From Squalus acanthias (taxonomy: Eukaryota), in NCBI GenBank assembly GCA_030390025.1, contig CM059446.1, positions 60,760,001 through 60,824,000 of the forward strand: a stretch of 64,000 nucleotides of DNA, written 5' to 3'. Below, piece after piece: positions 13,905-26,705 of the stretch. Position 1 is the stretch's first letter. Every line of letters starts with the position of its first letter. The position numbers and the translations under genes were made by a program. The notes beneath the pieces were generated by a model. It made no database searches. It saw only the letters and a program-made list of their open reading frames with translations, and had not been told where the DNA came from.

Positions 13905-14165
13905 GGATGGGAACACCTTCGCCTGCAAGTTCCCCTCCAAGTCACACACTATCCTGATTTGGAAATATATCGCTGTTCCTTCATCATTGCTGGGTCAAAA
14001 TCCTGGAACTCCTTCCCTAACAGCACAGTGGGAGTACCTTCACCACACGGACTGCAGCGGTTCAAGAAGGCGGCTCACCACCTATTCTCGAGGGCAATTA
14101 GGGATGGGCAATAAATGCTGGCCTTGCCAGCGACATCCACATCCCGTGAAATGAATTTAAAAAAG
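13905..14165 (+). mobile_element. 3' fragment of the LINE family at 51905..53121
   Basis: Near-identical to ~52860-53110 (tgcaagttcccctccaagtcacacactatcctga...ggcaattagggatgggcaataaatgctggcc). Confidence 0.85.
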
Positions 14166-14802
14166 AGACATAAATCAGTCACCATTTTAAAGTCATATAC
14201 TCTGTCCTTACTTTTCCTTTTCTATTATAAATTCCTCTGTCCACATTTATAGTGGAAATGCTTATGTAAACTTTAATACTGTAACTATACCCTTCCCTCA
14301 GTGGTGGCACTGCAGCACCTCCACTGGCAAACTTGTGTAATTACAGCGTGACAGCTGTGCATCGCTTGTCCAAAATAATAATTATTACTGTCACTGATCA
14401 CTTTGTTGACTAGCTTGATTCCACAGAAAGGTGGCTTGTTCTTTGTTCTAGACTGCTCATTTACTTGCTTATAAAGCAAAATAATGATACTGGGGGTGGT
14501 TTCTATCAATGTTGTGAGCTAAAACTACAGATTAATGTATGAAGCAAGAAACTACAATACCTGTCACCGTTAATCGATGGTTCAATGTCCCCAGACTACC
14601 AGCTGACTCATCAGCGTGTATACTGAATTACAATTTCGAGCGGTATCTTGTTCTGTTAAATTGACTATCAGTTACACAGCGTACTTGTGATGCAATTTAT
14701 TTTTTGCTGATACTGAAAACAATATTGAGATTGCAATTTCTAAATTAATTTGCTGTGTATTTGAGCTCAAGACTTGTATTTAAAAGAAGATTGTTGTTTC
14801 AG

Positions 14803-14903
14803 AACCGAAGACAGGAAAAGCCTTACGTGGAAAGTGCTTCCAAAGAAAGCTTGTAAAAATCTGATCAACTCTTTGAACAACATTTATGAACAGCTAGCCG
14901 AGA
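14803..14903 (+). CDS. DENND4A: DENND4A exon ([33 protein letters not shown]), phase 2-1
   Basis: Acceptor tttcag| and donor A|gtaagt; WK.LPKK.CKNL motif. Confidence 0.93.
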
Positions 14904-16149
14904 GTAAGTATGTCACGAACTGCGTAATGCTGAAATTTGTTAATCTTTTTAAAACTGGTAAAGTATTCCGATAACCATGGAGACTACAAGGGTGTTTGTG
15001 CTGGGGGCAATAACCCTGCTCAGCAACAGCACATAACACAAATTCAGACATACTCTGCCTACAATGTTCTGATGCTCGAGATTCCTGAGATGCAGTGCTG
15101 GCGGACAGCTTCCCTGGCAGCACTGTGAAGTACCCCTTGCGTGATTCCACTCTGTGCCCAACAAGACACAGACACAAGAATACAGACTTTATTTAGAACT
15201 TTTGTGTGATTTTAGAAAGGAATATGTCCATTCTAGGATAAGGCTCTAAAATGATCTTATCCTTAGTTTCTTTGTATAGGTCACAGCCCTATTTTAAAAA
15301 AAACCTCCTTTATACTTTGTAAATTAATTACCAAAGTTTGCTCATCTTAGATGTGCCTCCTGATCAATTAGTTACCAAAGAGCCCTAATCTGTGAGTTCC
15401 TTCCTGATCAGAGCTGCCAATTCCTTTCCTAACAGCTGGAGCAGTGCAGTAATACCCTGTGTTTATAGGGGCCAAACATTGCACAACATCCCCATTATAT
15501 TGTAGATAAAATTGGAAGAATTCTCTGCAAAATTCCTCAGATGGCTGTTGGTAAAGGCAGTTTGGCCACACAGACCACAAGGTCTGAAATTCAATTCATG
15601 GTCTGTGCTTGGTTTGCTAATGTATTCTGGCGCGATCTATGGGGCTCTACAATTACCTTCACCCCTAGGTTAAGGAGGGCAAAAAATCAGATCTCCAGTG
15701 AATCTTGCTGGAAAGTCTGCATGTAGGAATGTCCTACCAGAATTAACAGTGCAAAAGATATCCCATCATGCCTGTGTTGATGCTCGCTCTTAAACTCGAG
15801 CTGTTTATTCTGACCGTTTCCCTCCCCTTTCAATCCTATAGAATTTACAGCACATAAAGACAGGATCAGATATTGGATGCCACAGTCAATAATACCAACA
15901 CTCTTTTTCTAGGCTTACAAATGAAAACTGTCCATTTGGGAAAGATACCAGAGAGGCTCCAGTGGAATTGTATCCCACCATGAGTCAGTGCCTTTGGTGG
16001 GGGGGGAGGAATTGGAAAACAAAATCTCCAAATTTAAGTTTCTTTTTTAAAAATAATTTAAAATGACTCCGTTGTCCACTGCAATGCATTTGAGGATGTG
16101 TATTTTATAGTAATCATTTAAATGTAAAACTAAATTGATTTACTTCCAG

Positions 16150-16365
16150 TGCATCAAAGACCCAGAGAAGAAGCTTTATTGGAGTTAACCATGAACGATC
16201 ATGATTTGAACTCTGGTAAGACGCAGGTGCTGGAGATGGAGATACAAGAAGCTTTCCTCCGATTCATGGCTTCCATACTGAAGGGTTACAGAACTTACCT
16301 TCGACCCATCACAGAGGCTCCTTCTGAGAAAGCAACAGATGCAAGCTCACTATTTGATCTTCAAG
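16150..16365 (+). CDS. DENND4A: DENND4A exon ([10 protein letters not shown]...[42 protein letters not shown]; dDENN), phase 1-1
   Basis: Acceptor cttccag| and donor AAG|gtggtt; d[13 protein letters not shown]...GYR motif. Confidence 0.95.
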
Positions 16366-16932
16366 GTGGTTACAAATACTTGAAAATGATTAAAGAATAA
16401 TATCTGTGATTTTGACTTTGCAATCATCAAGTTAGGTGCCTCCTTTAAAAAGCACTACACCCCATATTAATCTGCACTGTAAATTACTTGAACTCAAAAA
16501 CATTAGCCGTCTGAATTTTAAAAGATAAAGTTTGAATTGTGCTTTGAAATAAAACTGCTATTTAAATTACAATTTCTAAAAAGAAAATGCCCCCATTTCC
16601 TCCTTTGTGAATGAATCCAGTATTGACATCCCATATGTACCATGACAGAAAGAAACTAATGCCATGATACAGTATAGACAAGAATGCTTCAGTTTTGTCA
16701 CTTGTGACTAGCAGTTAGCCTTGAAAATTTGTAAAGTTTTTCCAAGGAATTTATTAGGACCACAGGTAATGGTGACTGAATAAGTTAAATTCTGTTATTC
16801 CATTCTGCGATTCTATTTTTCTATGAAATTCAAGAGCCAGCGGCCTCGGCTATATTAAACAAAGGGGTCGCTACGCCTTTTAATCAGGGCCACAAGATTT
16901 TTACTCATGTTTTGGATATCACATTCCATTGA

Positions 16933-17190
<258 letters not shown>

Positions 17191-18156
17191 TAAATAACCA
17201 AGGTTGTGTGGGGAATGAGAGGAAATTAACTGCGCTCATGTGCAGGATTCTCAAGTCTTTGCAGAATCCTATGTCCAATTTCAGGAAGTCTATATTTGAT
17301 TACTCCTGCAATGCTGAGAGGCTGTCAAATTTGAAGAGCTTGGATCCTTTCTGTAATATCTAGCTGAATATCGTGTACCCATTTGGAAAGTTGAGTAAAT
17401 GTCTTCGATGACTCAAGCTCTCCTCTGGCTGATAGACATGCTTTGTTGGTCTCCTATAAAATAAAATGGATAATTGCAAATTATTTATTACAACCTCCTT
17501 TTTCCTCATCTCTGAGCCAAAGCTCGTTATGATCAATAGAGGTTCTTGAGCCTCAGCAGGAGAAACCCTGACATGGACTGTTTGGTCAGTCTTTGGCAAC
17601 TTTGTAATAGTCTGCCCTGTTTATGTGGGCTGCAGTTCCTGAGATTCAAACTAGCAGTTCAGAGCTGAATGACACCCCAGCATTTGTAGCTATTGAGGAT
17701 TTCTTGCTAAACATAATCTTTGGGCTAAAACAAGTTTGAAAAATTATGTGTGCACAGGTCAATGTGCTAATTGCATGAATTGGCAATATTCTCTCAATTG
17801 TGAATTTGATCCGTATAAACCTCACGGGTATCAAAACAATTACTAATCTGGCAATCCCTAAATAATCAGAATTAATGAAATTGAAAATAATCCTTACACA
17901 TCTTTAAATGTCTTTTACACCTGGCTAATTATACACATTCAAATGACAAGAAATAAAAACACAGCCAGTGGAAAATGGTATAATTTTATAGTTTAGCCAA
18001 GCAGTCAACTTTTGCATAGTTTTGGTTTTAGTACATTTGGTTCTTTATTGATTGGATAGAAAAGCCACCCCAGAAAGGTTGGTCAGTGACACAAAACTCA
18101 TTTAGCAAAATGGAAAAATACGTTGAGGCAACTCTGTTTATTCATTTCAGGATTAA

Positions 18157-18660
18157 ATTACTTTACATAGCATTGCACAGAAACAGGCCATTCGACCCAA
18201 CTGGTCCGTGCCGGTGTTTATGCTCCACACGAGCCTCCTCCCACCCCTCTTCATCTCACCCTATCAGCATATCCTTCTATTCCATTCTCCCTCATGCACC
18301 TTTCTAGCTTCCCCTTAAATACATCTATGCTATTCGCCTCAACCAATCCTTGTGGTAGCAAGTTCCACATTCTCACCACTCTCTAGGTAAAGATGTTTCT
18401 CCTGAATTCCCTATTGGATTTATTAGTGACTTTCTTATATTTATGACCCCTAGTTCTGGTCTCCCCCATGGAAACATCTTCTCTACGTCTACCCTATCAA
18501 ACCCCTTCATAATTTTAAAGACTTCTATCAGGTCACGTTTCAGTCAAGAGTCCCAGACTGTTCAATTTATCCTGACAGTTGTACCCTCAGATCTGCTTTC
18601 ATCCTTGTAAATCTTCTCCAGTGCCTCTATATCCTTTTTGTTATATGGAGATGAGACTTG
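18157..18660 (-). mobile_element. CR1 LINE 3' fragment with tail
   Basis: Tail acatagcattgcacagaaacaggccattcgacccaac (similar at 26020-26125 and 28535-28620), followed by C-terminal ORF2 remnants. Confidence 0.85.
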
Positions 18661-19050
18661 ATTGAGGAGTCCCCAAACCCCATCTCTTGCATGGGGCCCC
18701 TAAGCCAGCCACCACCCCCTGTGTGTCGGTGAATGGCTGAACTCTTCCCAGTTACAGAGGACGATCGAGGGCTTTGTTTGGGTGCAATTCTGAGCAACCA
18801 CAACAGAGACAGCAGCCACATTTTTTTTTCATCGTACCAGAGGGAGCTTCCAGACTCTCGCTGCGCAAAATCCTTGTTGAGTAAGCTTCCTCTCGCATGC
18901 AAGCGCACTGATGCTGCAGCGACAAGCAGAGCGAGCAAACCACTTCCCGCACGGCCGACACTCGAATGGGTTCTCTCCGTGTGGGTCCGGTAATGCACCT
19001 TGAGGTCCCCAGATCGGCAGAAATGTTTCTTGCACATGGAGCACTCGAAT
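18660..19050 (-). pseudogene. Frameshifted C2H2 zinc-finger gene fragment (about 1.5-2 fingers plus C-terminus and a 3'UTR-like segment)
   Basis: FECSMCKKHFCRSGDLKVHYRTHT, then after a 1-nt frameshift the linker (G)ENPFECRPCGKWFARS, then after a second shift LQHQ. No introns; more CpG-rich than its flanks. Confidence 0.75.
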
Positions 19051-20973
19051 AAACTCAATAGACAGGAATTTGCAATAAAGATGTGCTTCTAACAAAGGAT
19101 TGTGGCACACATTTTTGGAAGTTAATTGTGAAAACATACAAATTATTTATGTGCAAAGTAGTCATCCCCTTTGGCTTTTTCATTCATTTCCTCAATTATT
19201 TTTGAGCAGAGTTATCTTAAAGTTAATTTCATTAGCATCAGTTTATTAGTGTAGAATACCAAGCGCTTGTGTCGATTTTATTTGCAGTCTAAGGATTACA
19301 ATTAACCATATGCTAACGGCAGCATTAGACAACAAGACATTCCTTTCTCCGGGGGGTTGATGGTTGCATTTATTCTGTATTGATGGTTGCATTTATTCTG
19401 TGTGATTTCCTTTTGAACAAAGAATGAAGAAAATGTCTGTTAGCCTTATTTGGATGCAGTTTAACCTAAATTTAAAAAAAAAACCATTACAACATTGCAT
19501 AGTACTCCTGTTCAAAACAAACTGCTTGGTTGATTCGCCATGAGTTTGTAATGATGAGGTCTGATTCTAGGTGTTTGTTCAAGTAGCATCTGACCCAGTA
19601 AAAATACATTTATATTCTGGTATTGCAAGTATATATCTGCAGCACAAACAAGAGTAAGCTTTATTCTGCAATTTAGACGCAATCCAATACTGCGTTGTGG
19701 GGTTGGGCTGGTAGAATAATGAGCTTGATGCACCATGCCACAGAGCATTGGGATACAAGGAAATGCCCATAATTTCACACATGGGAATTCCTGAATTGAT
19801 CTGGGCTGTCGGTGATGAAGGGAGAGCAGCACAGAACAAATATGAGCCGCTCCACTCCAAGGACGGATGCAGATTTGATGGCGGGGTTATGCTGAGTCTT
19901 TCTGTACCCCCTGGTGTATGGAGAGTGGAATTGGGAGCTGGCTGGTTGCCCTTTCTGCAGAGTAATTGAGTGTGATGACCTGGAAGTGAGGGAGGAATTT
20001 CTGTTTTTTAAATGGGTGAAAGCGTGGCATCCACACTACGTGCTGGTAGAGACCTCGTAGATTCTAGATTCCAGTACATCAGTGAAATCTTAAATGTAGA
20101 ACTAAATGCAACCGAATCCGAGGCTTGGATCAAAAATTCTATACAGTAGGTGATGGTCCTGGAATCAAACATGAATTTAGATGATAAAACTATGCATCAT
20201 TGTAGAGTATAACCTACAATCTCTGTGGGTGGAGTTCACAAATGTTTAATTTTAACTTGCAAACTTTTACATAATGTATCATTAAGGGGGTTGTGCTGAT
20301 GTTGCACAGCTGTCTCTGCTTGCAATCTTTTTACTTTTACATAATTTTAAACAAAACACTTATTTTTCTAAAAATGGAATTTGTCAAAAGCTATCTAAGT
20401 TTTAAATTCTGTTCACCCAACTTTGATCCATAATCCCTTGATACCCTAATACCTTAATTTTATTGTTATTTAAACTTCCAGACCCGTGTTACATTATTGT
20501 TTTCCTAAATGTGTAAATGATGGCTAAATCACCAATTCATCAGGATTGTTGTTTAGTTCTTGATTTCTGTGGTGTTTCCACCTGGTCTTGTCTGAGTGGC
20601 CAGGCTGTGTCAGTCTTGGGTGGGCTGGGAGGGGATCTGCTGGCAGGAGCGTTGTCAGGGATTTCTTGGGCCGTTGCTCTGAGACATCTGGTGTAGTCAG
20701 CAGTGAGCAATATTGATGCTGTCCATGGAGTTGCAGGATGAAGTGTCTGTTCCCTCTGACAATGTTCTTCCATGTGATTCAGCAGTTTACACACATGTAC
20801 ACGTGTGTATATATACTGGTCAATAGCCTGTCATTGCACACAGGATGTTAAGACCTTTACTGGTTTAAAGTGTGTGATTTGGATGCTGGACGCATTTCAT
20901 GTCAGTTACTTCCATGCCAGATTTGCACAGTGGGACATCATTTAATTTTATACATGTACCTTTCACACACAGA

Positions 20974-21377
20974 GGGAATGGTAGCATAGTGGTTATGTTA
21001 CTGAACTAGTAATCCAGAGGTCTGGACTAATAATCCATGAGTTCAAATCCCACCACAGCAGCTGGGGAATTTAAATTCAGATAATTAAATGAATGTGGTA
21101 TAAAATGCTACTATCAGTAATGGTGACCATAAAACAATTGGATTGTTGTAAAAACCCATCTGATTCTAAATGTCCTTCAGGGAATGAAATCTGGCCTATA
21201 TGTGACTCCAGACCCACAGCAATGTGGTTGACTCTTAACTGCCCTCTGAAATGGCTGAGCAAGCCACTCAGTTGTCAAGAAGGCAGCTCACCACCACCTG
21301 CTCAGGGTAATTAGGGATGAGCAATAAATGCTGGCCTTGCCAGCAACGCCCACATCCCGTGAATGAATTAAAAAAAT
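20974..21377 (+). mobile_element. Near full-length tRNA-derived SINE with a LINE-derived 3' tail
   Basis: A-box-like ggtagcatagtgg, B-box-like gagttcaaatc. The 3' tail tcaagaaggcagctcaccaccacc...aattagggatgagcaataaatgctggccttgccagc...cacatcccgtgaatgaattaaaa matches the LINE end at ~53010-53120. Confidence 0.85.
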
Positions 21378-22979
21378 GCATTAATTAAACCTAGACGATC
21401 TAATGAATTAATTTGCAACCCAGGGACAACCGTTTATTCATTTAATTGTCTGCCATTGGTCAGGTGGGCTACTAACGCGCTCAATTAATTATTTATTTAA
21501 CCGTGTCTTTCCATGGTTTGAAGCTAGTTTAGTTTTATATTTATACTCGCCACACGTATTTCAGAATGTGAGGGACCACATTGAGCCAGCAGTTCTTTTT
21601 TTAAACTGGAAAATTTCACGTTATTTTGTATCCCACATGCAACCATTTATTTATACTGACTGGTTCATCCAGCCTATCCCATACAGTTATGATGTCTTGT
21701 GCCTCACAATACATATGCTCCCCACCCCACCCTGAAGCCATGTAATCACCTGGGTGAGGCGAAAAAACAGATTAAAAACCCAGGCCAATTTTTGCTTGGT
21801 CTTCTGTTTAATTTTACTTCTGAAGAAATCTGAGTCACAATTAATAGCCTGAGATGTGCAGTCTATCAGTGTGATAGTTGTCAATCTGAGTGACTAGGAG
21901 AGTATGAGGCATACTGTTGTATTTCGATTGAGCTGATCAGCAGCATAAAGGATTTATTGATTGTCTCAGAGCACATTACCTCCCAAATTATTTCACACAC
22001 AATATCATGTTTTGGTTCACAGCAAGCATGGATTTGCCCTTTGCACTGGGTATGAGAAAAGGTATGCAGTGAGAGCCTGATTTGTAACGGTATTGTCTCC
22101 CCGTATTTGGGGCATCCTCCGCACATACCATTCTCCTGTGTGCCTACTCCAAGCACTTTGCCAAATTAGCCGAGAATGACTCTTCTAAACCTTCTGTGTG
22201 GAGGCGAACCTAGCCTCTTGTTTCTTTAATTATATACACAAGGTCCAAAAACTGACTGTGAAGCATTATGGGAGCAAGCCTAAACCCTAGCATCTTGTCT
22301 CACAACCTGCTGGAAGATTAATGGGCTACATCAGCAAGTTCTTTGAGGAGAGTCTATTGCGAATAAATGTGGCACTTTGTATTTCAGCAAGAAAAGTAGG
22401 TTAACGTTGAAACTGGAAATCAAGGTTACTGAATCCCATTGGACATGTCCGTTATCTGTGTGTGTCAGACTCTGACAATTGGCTTCATATATTTTCTTCA
22501 AATATATATCAGTGGTTCGTTGTCTAATTCAAGTGCCATTCCGGGTACTTCAGCATGATTTGAGGATACCCTTGCTCGACAGTCTGTGCTTCCCTGCGCT
22601 GCAAACACCTGCAGCTGGCAGCATTATTTACAAATAGGAAAACCCATATGGTTTTGTCACAGTTAGAAGCATCTTCTGAAATTTTTTCCAAAATGTAAAA
22701 GGCAGTGATTGATTGAGCAGTAAAGTAACCAGTGTGTGTTTAGAGCAGAGAACAGTGTTACGGTAAGCCAATTGCTTCAGACACCTCATTTGAATTTTTC
22801 CATTACATATTTTACATATTGTTCATTACTGACAACAACAGTTGTATTCTTCTTTCTTCCCTGCCACCCTCCAATTTATCATGAATAAGGTTGAAGAGTG
22901 AAAATGCCCAGGATGGTTTTGCATGCAATCGTCTCTCTTCTCTGCCAAAGCAGGCACCAACTATCTCAGTTTAGTATCT

Positions 22980-23093
22980 TACAATGGCACCTCTGACAGT
23001 GCAGCTCTCGTTCAGTACTGCAAGTTTCTGGAGTGGGGCGTGAATCCATAACCTTGTGACTCGGAGGTGAGAGTGCTACCACTGAGCCAAGGC
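22980..23093 (-). mobile_element. 5' head of a Deu-domain (SacSINE1/AmnSINE1-type) SINE
   Basis: Reverse complement: gccttggctcagtggtagcactctcacctccgagtcacaaggttatggattcacgccccactccag...ctgcactgtcagaggtgcc. Confidence 0.65.
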
Positions 23094-23167
23094 AAGTGTT
23101 GGCCTAGGTTATGTGCTGAAGTCTAGGAGAGAGGATTGAACCTATGAGCTTCTGATTCAGAAATGTG

Positions 23168-24595
23168 CATAAGAACATAAGAACATAAGAAATAGGAGCA
23201 GGAGTAGGCCAATCGGCCCCTCGAGCCTGCTCCGCCATTCAATAAGATCATGGCTGATCTGATCCTAACCGCCAATCTACTATCTATCACAGAACCATCT
23301 CCTGCATCTAACAGAATTGCACACACGAAATAGGAGCAGAATCAGGCTACACAGTCCCTGGGCCCGCTCCACTACCCACAGGGCCATGACCGATCCGAAC
23401 CTAGACTCATGTCCAAATTCCTGCCCGCTTCCCGTAACCCTTAATGCCCTTTACTTCTAGGAAACTGTCTATTTCTGTTTTAAATTTAATTAATGTTGTA
23501 GCTTCTACAGCTTTTTGTGGCAGCATATTCCATGGACCTACCACCCTCTGAGTGAAGTAGTTCCTCCTCATCTCAGTTTTGAAAGAGCAGCCCCTTATTC
23601 TAAGACTATGTCCCCTAGTTCTCGTCTCACCCGTCATCGGGAACATCCTCCCCGCATCCACCCGATCCAACCCCTTCACAATCTTATATGTTTCAATAAG
23701 ATCGCCTCTCATTCTTCTGAACTCCAATGAGTAGAGTCCCAATCTACCCAACCTCTCCTCATATGACCACCCCCTCATCCCCGGGATTAACCGAGTGAAC
23801 CTTTTTTGCACTGCCTCGAGAGCAAGGATGTCTTTCCTTAAGTAAGGACACCAAAACTGTATGCAGTATTCCAGGTGCGGTCTCACCAATACCTTGTACA
23901 ACTGAAGCAATACCTCCCTATTTTTATATTCTATCCCCCTAGCAATGAAAGCCAACATTCCATTTGCCTTCTTAATCACTTGCTGCACCTGCATACTAAC
24001 CTTTTGAGTTTCGTGCACCAGGACCCCCAGATCCCTTTGCACTTCAGTACTCTCCAGTTTCTTGCCATTAAGATAATAAATTGCTCTAGGATTTTTCCTG
24101 CCAAAGTGCATCACCTCACACTTTCCAGTGTTGTATTCCATCTGCCAAATCTCTGCCCACTTACTTAGCCTGTCTATGTCCCCTTGCAGGTTTTTTATGT
24201 CCTCCTCACTCACTACTTTCCCTCCCCTCTTTGTATCATCTGCAAATTTTGATATGTTACACTTGGTCCCTTCCTCCAAATCGTTAATATAGATTGTGAA
24301 GAGTTGGGGACCCAGCACTGACCCCTGTGGAACACCACTAGTTACTGATTGCCAGTCTGAGAATGAACCATTTATCCCAACTCTTTGCTTTCTGTTAGAT
24401 AGCCAATCCTCTATCCATGCCAGAATATTACCCCCAATCCCGTGATTTTTTACCTTAAGCAATAATCTTTTGTGTGGCACCTTGTCAAATGCCTTTTGGA
24501 AGTCTAAATACACTACGTCCACTGGTTCCCCTTTATCCACTCTATATGTTACTTCCTCAAAGAACTCCAGCAAATTTGTCAAACATGACTTCCCC
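23168..24595 (-). mobile_element. Young 5'-truncated CR1 LINE with an uninterrupted RT C-terminal ORF (23407..24582, 391 aa), 3'UTR and (ATGTTCTT)n tail
   Basis: Intact motifs YLDFQKAFDKVPH, GVPQGSVLGPQLF and FADDTK; the ORF runs to its natural stop. Octamer tail aagaacataagaacataag at 23171-23190. Confidence 0.95.
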
Positions 24596-26689
24596 TAAGC
24601 CAATTTGATACTATTTAGCTGGATCAATGTTAGAATTAGCTCTCCCAATGGCTCAGCTGGTTAAGACTATGGATCGCTGTCTCATACAGGTGTGTGAGAG
24701 ATTGTGCACTAATGTTCACTGTCCAAAATCACATCGCTGCTTGGGAGAGATACCAAAGGGCAACTGTAGAACTGAACCCCTACAAAAAAAATTGATAGAA
24801 AAAGGAGGGGGGGAAAAGTCTTAAAACTAAGTAGATATTGCCTCTTACTGGAACATCAACTGACTGGGTAGTCTCGTACTCACAGTACAGAGGGGTTTAA
24901 TTGTACCAGTTTCTATTGTACCACAGCTTTCACTCTGCATTAATATGAAAAATGAAGCATTTGACTGATGCAAGTTATGAAATGCAGCTGCTGGCCTTTA
25001 AACTACGTAGTCTTGCTTGGCTGAATGTCACAACCAGATGGGTTGCATCCTTTCCAAAATTGTTGCAATCTAGAAGCTGGATGGGGAGCAATAGTACTGT
25101 GCCAGTTATTCCACCATGTTACAAGAGACATAAGCAAAGTCTTGATATATGCAACTAATGCACTGTTTCCTCCACATTTTACTTTTTTAAGTTTTCGTCT
25201 TGCAATTAGTACATTTTCCCTGTTTTCTTCCACTCTTTTCTTGAAGTCACCCCCAACACCATACAGTTTCCCAAAGCTAAAAGAGTGAATGTTTGACCTC
25301 TTCCCAGAACTCTGCTTCTGTCATTCCTGAGCCACTGCTGAAGATGCATAAAAACACCTGAAGTTGACCTTCTTTCTTCCCCTCTCTCTTTCTTTCTCTC
25401 CTCCAATGGCAAAGTTCCTCATCAATATGTTGCCCATCCCACTATAACTGCCTGTCTGGCAGACCCCTGGCATCTTACCACCTGCCACATTACCAGCAAT
25501 AAGTATATTTCTACATTTTCTTTACAATTTGCTTTTCAAACTAAATTAACTAAAATTTTGGCTACGGTATAAAGGGCAGCTAAGACCAGGGGAATATTTC
25601 CTGTCCAAAGTGCTCTCTCTTGCTCTAAGAACGAGTTTACCAAAACATTTTCTGCTTATTAGATGAGACCCTTGTTTCAGTTGTTTGCAGCCACAGTGCG
25701 CTGGTGATGGGCGGGGTGGGTATTAAGTTCAGTGACATGGGGTGCTGATCAAGCCAACTGCTTTGTCCTGGAGGATGCTGAGTTGTGCGGCGGCACCTAT
25801 CTAGGTGAGTGGTGAGTTTCCATCACACTCTTGACTTGGAATGCTCACCACTGGATTAGTAACTCCATCACATACTGTTGACATGTATGCAGCACTAATA
25901 GTTACAGCACTGCAGACTTGGTTCAAATTGAGCATTTTCTTCTTTTTAGTTGCGCTTATGCACCATGTAAATGCTGGTTCTGTTCCAAATATTAGGATGT
26001 ACAAACTCATCAGTGATAGAATTACATAGAATGTAAAGCACAGAAACAGGCCATTCAACCCAACTGGTCTATGCCAATGTTTATGCTCCACACAAGCCTC
26101 CTCCCACCCTACTTCATCTCGCTCTATAGGTTTTGGATGTAAACCACCTCATGAACTGAGCCTAAAATTCCTGATTATTTGCTGTGTTCACGCGATGTCT
26201 GGGCCCAGAAATTCCTCTTTTAATGAAAAACAGGAGAATATCTATTATTCTCCATTCTCAATGACCTGCTACTGCAATCGCAGGAATGCACAGCTTTAAA
26301 ATGTATGGATATGTTAGTGGGTTGTTAATTATCAAGGGGAGAAAAAAAACATTCCAAAAATAGCATTCTCCCATTTTCTATAAAGAGACATTTTGGACGG
26401 TGTCACTCGGTTTATTTTCCTGTACATCTGATTGCCGCGTCGTACACCCTACACGCACACACTCCTGCCCAAAGGCTGGTTGTGCCAGTTAACCAACAGG
26501 TCAGGAAACTTCGCTAATAAATTTGGAGTTACACTAGTGAAATGCTAAATTTAATTGGAAAACTATACCTTGCGTGAAGTGCTCAAGCTCGCTCGCTCTC
26601 TCTCTAGCTTTTCTTGCTTCGCCTCGGGTGAGATTGATGGGGGAAAGTAGGTCACCTGCCATTCTCTGAATGTAGAGGATTATTGCCAG

Positions 26690-26705
26690 TGACCTCTAAT
26701 GACCT
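26690..26705 (-). promoter_or_regulatory. Perfect DR4 nuclear-receptor response element (AGGTCA-TTAG-AGGTCA), candidate
   Basis: Plus strand TGACCT CTAA TGACCT; extra AGGTCA half-sites at ~26498 and ~26649. Sequence match only, with no functional evidence. Confidence 0.35.
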
